A DNA stretch of 58,710 nt, counting the filler, from Sphacelaria rigidula (lineage: Eukaryota): NCBI GenBank assembly GCA_964200075.2. It is 8 parts of 8 records of this genome, joined end to end, with 100 filler letters (N's around TTAATTAATTAA, not from the genome) between each part and the next. Parts side by side here need not be neighbours in the genome. Positions count along the whole stretch, not along the records: positions 44,109 to 51,359 come from CAXNAA020015765.1; positions 51,460 to 58,710 come from CAXNAA020015766.1; 6 more parts are not named here. The stretch is one strand, 5' to 3'. Shown here one piece after another: positions 50,230-58,710 of the stretch. The position numbers and the translations under genes were made by a program. Position 1 is the first letter of the stretch, and every line of letters starts with the position of its first letter. Under the pieces are notes generated by a model, which was not told the origin of the DNA, searched no databases, and saw only the letters and a program-made list of their open reading frames with translations.

Positions 50230-51290
50230 TTGTTCTGTACTACATTGCGCGGCAGTTACACAAGTGACTATCGAGCCTTTCGATCACGCTACCTCTATCT
50301 GTACTACAGCGGCGTGGCAGCTGCTGTACGATGTTTGTAGCTTCGTGACCCCGTGAGAGGATGGGATGCAGACTCGACTCAGATAATCGATCGATGGACA
50401 CGACTGCGATAGTCGATCAATGGGCACGGCTGACTGCCGATCAAGATGAGGTAGAAATGTATATAAAGCTTTGTTGATCAAGAGGGAAAGAAGGGGAGTG
50501 GTCCCAGTGGGGGACAAGGTCTCAAGATGCGACAAGCACCACTCACGTATGTCCCGTCACTAACATCACACTATAAAGTCATCCCGCGTAGTACCCGGAA
50601 CTCAAACAGGTATGTCACTAAACTATTGTACCTTATCCTGACAAGGTGTATCTTACTGACTACCCCAGGCCATCCTACGAACACCCCCCCATTGACTGCG
50701 GGTGTCAAAAGTAAGGTTCAAGGACCATACTCAGTGAATAGAGCTATCCACCAAAAACAAAACTCTTCCGCTCACGGCGCATTCAACAGGTGTATCCTCT
50801 CAAGAAATGAATTTTATCAGCAACCGTAAAACCACCGTAAATCCCGAAACTCGTCTCTTGTTTCAACGACTCTAGGACCAGCCAAGAACCAAAACACATC
50901 GGTATCTTTCTTTTTCATACCAAGACAAAAAAATAGGGATGTATGAGCTGTGTGTTCACCGCACTGTAGCTCCTGATGGTCAATCCACGCGAAACGCAAG
51001 TCAAATTCTGCAACTGTACTAGCCCATGCTTCCTAACAATAGCGTGAGTGGTCGTACGTAGCATTCGAGTAACCTGCACTACGCATGCGAGACCAAGCTC
51101 CTAGATAATATATGAACCCACACAACACAGTGGACAATTTTTGAAACTCGGATCACATGTTCCAAAATCCACTACACAGTCAAGTCAACTGCCTACTACA
51201 GTACAAGAATCAGATTTCAAAAGTTAAATTCAGCAATTCATACTACAGTAGTGTCTACGTTGTCAATTCAAACTAGACACTCACTACATC

Positions 51291-51347
<57 letters not shown>
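51291..51347. repeat. (TTG)19 microsatellite
   Basis: Perfect trinucleotide run. Confidence 0.95.
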
Positions 51348-51348
<1 letters not shown>

Positions 51349-51359
51349 CTTCATATTTA

Positions 51360-51459
51360 NNNNNNNNNNNNNNNNNNNNNNNNNNNNNNNNNNNNNNNNN
51401 NNNTTAATTAATTAANNNNNNNNNNNNNNNNNNNNNNNNNNNNNNNNNNNNNNNNNNNN
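51360..51459. other. Artificial contig spacer
   Basis: N44-TTAATTAATTAA-N44. Confidence 0.98.
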
Positions 51460-52920
51460 GGGGGGGGGGGTGCTGTGGCGCACCATGCCCGGGGCCGCGC
51501 GGGGGGGGGGGGGGGGGGGGGGGGGGGGATACATAGGGTCTCCGAGGTTTTTAGGGGCACTCCTGTGTCATCTACGACTTTCAGCTCCTCGATGTGAGGG
51601 GTCACATTTTCTACAATTTTCCACATTTTTGAATGGAAAGCAAGCCAAATTGCGCATTTTTTCTCGCCTCCGGCGGCGCTCCCGCGGGCCCCCCTCACCA
51701 GCCGGGGGGGGCCGTTGGCGGCCCGAAAAAACAGCTAATCGGCGAAGCCGATTAACTGGAAAACAATCGATGTACTGCCCGCGCCAGCGGCCAGTTTAAA
51801 CTTAACTGGCCAGAGCAGCCAGTTCACAGCCCTAAAAATAAACGTTGTTTTAGCCCTCATTTCAGTTTCTCAGCTCAGCTTTCAGAATAATTGTGATTCG
51901 GCATCGAGTACGGGGAATCGCAAGTGCATACATATTGAAAACAAAGAAACAAAATGGGCTTTCGTCTTTCGTCCTTTTTTCATCTTTCTGCTTAGTCAAT
52001 GACGTTCTCGTGAAAATGGTCTTGAAATGCACCCGAAAACATCCTTCCCTCATGTTTTTTTTTTTAATCGACGTGAATCTCCCAAGTTTCTTCTTCATGG
52101 TGCCCTAACATCCGATCATCAAAATTGGGGATGGGGCTGTTCATAGAGGATGAGGAAGCCCCGGAACGGCGCGCGAAAAGTGCCCATATATATCCCCTCC
52201 CGACACTACTTCGGTAGTTACGGAGTGTACCGCAGCGATTGGGAAGCGGCGTCGACCAAGTTCGCAGTGCACCGGTGGGACCACGGCACGAAAGCAATCC
52301 CCACCAAGTTGGTCGCGCACCGGTAGTGTACTTTGTAAGTATCACTCTACTCGATCAGACAGCATCGCAACACCGTTGCGTTTTCTGTTAACCGCATTCT
52401 CTTTTTAGCACACGTGCATTTATTTGTCCAAGAACGGTCAAGTACGGTCTAGTCTAGAAACAAGTGGTGGTATATTCTGGGCTTGGACGTTCTTGAATAT
52501 AAATGCAAGTTTGGTCGGAAACAAAAAAACTGCGTCCACCGGAAAACGCAAACGTGTTCTGAAGCCGTCTCGACAAGTATACTTCCTGTTTCTCTTTTTC
52601 CCACAGACCGCCCGTAAGTTAGAAGCCGGTACGACCCCTGTTCACCATTTTATAATATCCAACTCGCCGCTTGACGCAACTCCTCTCATCATTTCATATT
52701 GAAATCAGCTGTTGAAAAGCGCTGACGTTGCAGTTTTACTGGGTCGGAACTGAACTCCAATTTCGAGGAGGCAGTTTTACTGTTTGAAATTCAAAGTCAG
52801 CTCCACACCTGCATTTGTATAAAAAGCAACCCAAAACCACCAGGTATGGGTGACACAACCATGAGAGTGGTTCGTTTGGACCAGAAGAACTCGAATCTCA
52901 CTCGGCCGATCCTCTGAGGA

Positions 52921-54578
52921 ATGCTGCTCCTCCTCTGTGAGAGCCCAACCACGCCATGTGACCCCGCCACCACCGGTTCGAACAGGATACACCAGTGTGA
53001 AGGCTCGTCGGGGTCTTCTTCCACCAAGCCCAGGGTTCGGTCTATCACGACGAACTCGCTCCCGTCGGTTTCTGCCGACTTAAATCGCGCGACACCGCAT
53101 CGAGCAGACGTTTCGTGTCAGAGCTTAGGCCTTTCGGATGACGACAGAACAGGTGAACATTATCTTCCGCTTGGGCTTGCACTCTGGCTGCCGCCGCCGC
53201 CGACCGAGAGCAAGCCACAGCAAGTGCAGCAGCAGCCGCCGCTCAAGCTGAATCCGCCCGCCGAGTCGCTGCCATCAAAAGAAAATACATTTAGGTGGAT
53301 GGGAACATAACTTGGGCATGATAGTACCATGCCTGCAGCCGACAACGAAGGCTCGGGGCAATTTACCTCTACCCTCATCACATCTATACGTCGTACTGTT
53401 CGAAACAACCTTCAGCAAGCAGACTCTACGGATGCTCAACGCTTCGAACATTTCAACTGGGTTGATAGTTGGCAGACTTCTCTCCACAAAGCTCTGCACC
53501 GCACCATCAACCGTCACTAGCCCGACACTGCCACAGGTCCTTGATGGTTTCATGGCCGCTATGGAACCGGACCGCGCCTCTGGGAAGCCAGGCCCGGCTC
53601 CACTCCGTGATCTGGAGCACCGTTTGACCGGTTACTTCGGTCGCAGCACTCAAGGGAGTGCTATACAACGAGGTCGTTATTTCGGTGTCGCGACATATGT
53701 ATCCTTGGTGGCCTACCTTCGAGAATTTAAGCTCCTCGTTTCCGGCTCAATAGGGGAAGACCGCCAGACTGGGCGGTCGGACGCAATGTGTCGACCATAT
53801 GTGAGGAATAGTGTGTCCAAGCAGTTTCTGACACTAGTGCCGTCGCTGTTTCCCGGTGCTTTCGCACACCGCGAAGTACCTTATTATCTGTGGATGCGAT
53901 GTGGAGTGCGTTTGTACATCGAGAGAAGTTTTTGACTCCAGCCATTCGCGGCAACAAGTATTATTCTGTGCGTTCTCAGTCTGCTTCTGTGTCTCCCTCG
54001 ACCCCTTCAGGGTCCCGTAACCGATCTAACACTTCGCCTCGTTCATCATGGGTGCCCGCCTCAGTCGCTGGCTCCGTCATGAATGTTGCAAACAAGCGAG
54101 ACCCGTCTCTACCTCAGCATTTACAACAGAGGCTCCACACTTATTTGCGGAATTCATCTCTCTCGTTTGCTGCCAGACAAGATGCCTTCGGGCGGCATGA
54201 TAATAATTGATGAAGTATAGCACTAAGGGACACAGTATGCGTGACTGTAACCACCTCAGCATTACCGTTTTTAATCCCATGGATCCTGAATTACAGGACA
54301 ACGAACCAGCATGGCGCCGCTGGCAACGACGTATGCGTGATTACCGTACCCCCAACCGTTATTCTCGTCACCCTTCCCACCACCGTGACGACACTTGCTC
54401 GAATCGCGACCGTCCCCCTACCAACTACGATAGCTCGGGTCCTCATGAAAGGGATGGTCCTCCTCGTCGCACCCAGAATATCACCAATAGGCATCAGCGC
54501 ACAGGACCAAACCATAACAACTCGAACCCCAATACCAGAACCCCTGGTTCCTTCATGACTGATCGTACTATTCCCTGA
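52921..54578 (+). pseudogene. Frameshifted gag-like ORF of an unclassified retroelement
   Basis: Intronless chain of same-strand ORFs (52921-53310, 53312-53935, 53890-54210, 54207-54578). Includes capsid-like YLREFKLLV, a half zinc knuckle GHSMRDC and an R/N/P-rich tail. No pol follows. Confidence 0.45.
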
Positions 54579-55694
54579 CGCGCCAACGCCGGCGTGTTCT
54601 AGTCTGCGGTGCCGTCGACAGCACGGAGGGAGACAATTCAACACCAACCGCAAAACAAGCAACCATATTTTCTCGCTCAGCTTCCCCGGCAATATGCAGG
54701 AGCAATAATGATGGCCGCTAATATCGACCCTCGTCCTCACCCCTCTACAGACAGCGTAACAGATGCGTTGACCCAGCCCTGGACTTGGTCCTCCACGACT
54801 GAGAGTATATCTAAGGTGTGGGAACACCAACCGCCAGTCACTGAGGCAAGGGATTCCCTCAGCGACCGCACGCGCAGGTAGTAGTCTGATTGATCAAAGG
54901 AACGTCCCTTAGAGGACGCGCTCCGGACAGGGAAATGTGTATAACTTCTTCTTGTATTCAACTCTTATATCCTCCACTCACCCAACATCAACCGTGCAAG
55001 CTCCACCCGAGCTGCTCTCTCCACCCAAAATGTAATGACCAAAATGCACCAAAACCATAAAAAAGAACCGGGAGGGGAGGACCCTGTTCATGTGAACAGG
55101 TACACTAAGTGAACATGCACACGTGCGGATAGATTGATGCGGACGTGCGGGTACTGGTAGCCGAGTGTGTGTGACTACAGTACCCCGCTCATGGTAGCTA
55201 CCAAGCTGCCATAAGCCCTCACTCTCAGCATCTGATCCCTCAGTCATAGGGTCAACTCAGTCTAGGCCCTCTCCAATAATACAAAAGATAAAACCATATA
55301 TCCTTCGCCACGGGCCACGGAATTCACTAGCGTTACGACCGGTTGGGCAGAATGGCACAAGAGGGTGATAGGCCTGCTGCCGTTATCGGTGAGCAGGGTG
55401 TTACAGAGGAGTTTAGAGAGGTACGTAGTCACAGATGAGTTCCTTGGCCCGGCTCATCCGTGATATGCAGCTAAGCCAAGCTACAATACATTACTGAGTA
55501 ACATGGACAACATGTGGACAGTAAGAGAGGCCGGGGGCGCAGAAAACAACGGCGTCCTCGATAGTGAAGGTTCCCATAGTGAACAGGGGGAATTCAACAT
55601 AAATAGGACAGCGGAACGGCGTGATGCTGGAGTTCGACGAGAGCGACGGTACATCGGGAGCTAAGCTGTTCCAGAGGACGGAGCGCGCGACGCA

Positions 55695-58600
55695 ATGGAC
55701 AACGAGACCACCAGTGACAAAGCTAGGGGCTTTGTCCCCGCACGTGAGTCAATCCAAATAAACGATACAAGTGGAAATGTGTCAGGGGTTCCCGCTTTTC
55801 GACAGAACGTCCCAAAATGTTCAGGGAAGAGCGCTTATTATGCTCGGTACAGGCATGAGCTGGTCAACTTTGCAAGGGGCGAAGGAATTGACTGGGTGTT
55901 CACCATGGCCGACAATAGTTCTTACGATGTAGATGTCGGTGATCCTGAGATAGCGATGGGGTATCTGGAGAGCAGACATGGGAAAGACACAGTGGCAGCC
56001 AACGTAAGGGCCAGATGAATACTTGTAGCTAGTTTAGAAGGAAGGAGGGAGCAAGATATTTTTATTATAACTCACTCACCGGCTGCGGTCTGGAGCAAAC
56101 TCGAGGATGTCTTTCGCCCCAAAACAAATGGGGCGAGAACCGCTTTGTTGGAGAAGTTCGATGGAATCAAGATTGGTGTCCGTGATGATCCAGAGCAGGA
56201 GCTGCTTGAGATGGAGGAACTTGCACGTAACCTGAATTCATACGAGGGGCATAAACGATTAAGCGAAAACCATCTTCTCTTGAAATTCCTCAACGCGCTG
56301 CCTTTCGAGTATCACATTTAGAAGCAATTGCTCGAGGATCGCGAGGGACCGCTGACTCGGGAGGTTGTGTTGACTTCGATCCGGAAGCGTTTCGAATCAA
56401 CTTTTTTGGAGCAGGAACTTGCCCGGGGAAGGAAGTCATCCCCGGGCGACCAGGCTCTCCTTGCCAGGGGTGGGACCGGGAAACCGAGCGGTGCGCACCG
56501 CAAGGGAAAAACGGAAAAACCCCAGGGCTCTGCTCAGAAAAACGGCGGGAGCCAGAGTTCGAGTAGCTCTGGGTCGGCATCGTCGAATGGCAAACCGGCG
56601 ACTGGGCAGCTGCTCCGCTACCACGTTTGCGACGAGAACACGACGCATCGGGCCAGGAACTGCCCGAAGAGATACTGCGGGAGGTGCGGCCAGCAGGGGC
56701 ACACGTTCTGGGACTGTCCGAGATCGACAGCGAAGAAAGAAGACGCGGTGATGGCGACGGGCGCCGGCGACGACAGCGACAGCTCCTCCGTCTGTTCGGT
56801 GGCGGATGGGGAGGCTTTCACCTCGCTCAACACCACCATCAACGGTGACACAGGCGAGTATGCATTGAGTGTTGAGCAGGGGGGTGATACCCAGCAGGGT
56901 GAGGGCGAACCGTGGATATTTAACACGGGGGCTACCCAGCATTTCTCCCACGATTCCCATGGGATGACGGAGTACAGAGAGTGCAAGGGTAGGGTACTAT
57001 ACGGTGCGCGGGAGGTAGTACTTACCCGATCGTAGGCAGAGAAAATTTGTCTCTTGCCTTTAGATCTGACGGACAGGATGTAATCCTCAAACTGGTGGAT
57101 GTTGACCATCTACCTGGTGTCCGTCATCACCTCTTGTCACTCACGAGGGTCCAATACATGGGACACACCTACACTGGTTTTCGTGATGGTTTCAGGGTAG
57201 ATCTCAATTCAGACAATAGACTGATGATACCCGGACAACCACGTCAGCTTAGAATGTACGCCCGCCGCCTCGATCAAAGTGGTAGTGACTAGTCCACTTC
57301 GGCATACGCTGTTATTGCCCCGGGGGCTCCACCCAGCCCCCAGACCACTGACATCAATGAATTCCACTGTTCTCACGCGCATGTCCACAAGGATTTACCG
57401 AGGAAGGCGGCGAAGCAGCAGGGAAAGCAGCTGGCTGGGGAGCTGCAGCCTTGCCGCGGCTGCTCAGAGGCGAAGGGAGTGCGGGCACCGATCCCAAGAT
57501 CGCCGCACACGAGAGCAGCTAAGTCAGCGTCTAGGGTGTTCGTAGATCTTTCCGGGCCGAAACCAGTCAAGTCTAAAGGGCGAAAGTCGTACACGATGGT
57601 TGTCCGAGATGATCACTCACGGCACACAAAGCTGTATTTCCTCCGTAAGAAGGATGAGGCAAAGAGATACTTCACGAAATACATTGCATTGGTCTCTTCG
57701 AGAAAAATTGAGATAGTCCGTAGCGATGACGGGGGTGAATTTTCGGAGGATGCATTTGGTGAACTGTGCGACAGGGAAACGATCAAGCAGGAGAAGACAA
57801 CTGCCGACTCACCCCAGTTCAACGGTGTTGCAGAGCGAGCGTTAGGTATCATCGAAACAGCAGGCCTTACGGCTAGATTCCAAGCATCTGAGCTGTACCC
57901 CGACGAGCGCATCCCAAACGGTGACAGCCTGTGGGCTGAACAGGCGAACTGGGCGTGTCACGCCCTGAACTGTACCGCTACCTCGGCTGACCCGCAACAC
58001 AAACCACCGCATGAGATGTGGTATGGATCACCACCGAAAGGTGATCTCATTCCGTTCTTGAAGCCTGGGTTTTGTAGGAGGAAGCGACTAATGCCGAGAT
58101 GGCCCCCCACACACAAGGTGCACCGGCACCATCCAACGAACCGGCTGCGATCCCACTATTGGGCTCGTCTGCAGCAACTTCGCCCACAGGAGAGGCGTGT
58201 AGCAGTCCGAAATCAGCTATAACGCCCGAATCAGTCGCGTCGTGTAGCACGAAACCAGCTTTAATGACAGTTATGATCATCGCCTCCGTGCACGGTTTTG
58301 GCCGGTTTTGGGGGGGGGCTATCTCGGCAGCAGTCAAGCGGACAAATAAATTACAGCCGAAGGCCGAAAAGTGCTGATACTTGAGCCCAGCCGAGGGCTA
58401 CCCACGTGACGCGATGCGAGTTCTGACTGCACGAGGAACTATCTCCGTGACAAGACATGTCACATGGGCACGTACGTCCGCTGCCCCCCCCGCACAATAC
58501 AGCAAGCGATCCAGACGCCGGGCGAGCTGAAGGATTCCAGCGTGGATCAAGACAGGACGGAAAGGTCGGCAGTGGACACTGCGCTCAGCGGTTCCTCAAG

Positions 58601-58710
58601 CACGCCGTCCTCCCCGCCGAGTTCCGTTGGTGCGAGGGGCGGAGCAGCACCGCAGATCCCCGTCAGTAATGGAGGGGGCGAAGTGCCTTCACCGTCCCCG
58701 CGAGGGGGGA
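55695..58710 (+). mobile_element. Decayed Ty1/Copia retrotransposon gag-PR-IN, running off the contig
   Basis: Zinc knuckle CGRCGQQGHTFWDC, protease WIFNTGATQH (catalytic D>N), pre-integrase H..H...CRGC, integrase VFVDLSGP, VRSDDGGEF and PQFNGVAER. Stops and frameshifts present. Confidence 0.93.
58086..58335. mobile_element. 250-bp MITE with 4-bp TSD AAGC inserted in the Copia integrase
   Basis: AAGC|GACTAATGCCGAGATGGCCCCCC...GGGGGGCTATCTCGGCAGCAGTC|AAGC. Removing it restores KPGFCRRKRTNKLQPKAEKC. Confidence 0.88.

Noticed and set aside
50354..50609. Possible solo LTR with TATATAAA
   Set aside because: No second copy or TSD in the window to define it.
55399..55599. Possible 5' LTR of the contig-8 Copia (TGTT...AACA)
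   Set aside because: The 3' LTR is off-contig and there is no clear PBS, so the boundaries cannot be verified.
1..58710. Endogenous phaeovirus/NCLDV segment or bacterial defence system
   Set aside because: No gene-dense intronless region and no viral or bacterial hallmark genes recognised.

Overview
This window is eight unrelated draft contigs of 7251-7252 bp each, joined by artificial 100-bp spacers (N44-TTAATTAATTAA-N44). It is intron-rich, repeat-rich eukaryotic nuclear DNA. Gene and TE content (WSC-domain protein, one-LRR-per-exon gene, short exons with long introns, plastid fibrillin) point to a brown alga of the Ectocarpus/kelp type; this taxon call is an inference. Most ORF-track entries are spurious, and the real genes appear only after splicing by hand. 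Genes found: a partial PAP/fibrillin gene with a GC-AG intron (contig 1); an orphan multi-exon gene (contig 3); a 10-exon metzincin-fold + Pro/Thr linker + WSC-repeat protein with a disabled catalytic motif (contig 4); a PRA1 gene head-to-head with exon 1 of a Rab GTPase (contig 5); and an LRR gene with one repeat per exon (contig 6). The rest is decayed Gypsy and Copia retrotransposons (one inside a 1.9-kb fold-back inverted duplication), a truncated LINE, tRNA-derived SINEs, and many MITE/foldback families. No CRISPR array, rRNA or genuine tRNA gene is supported. All alignments were made by eye.
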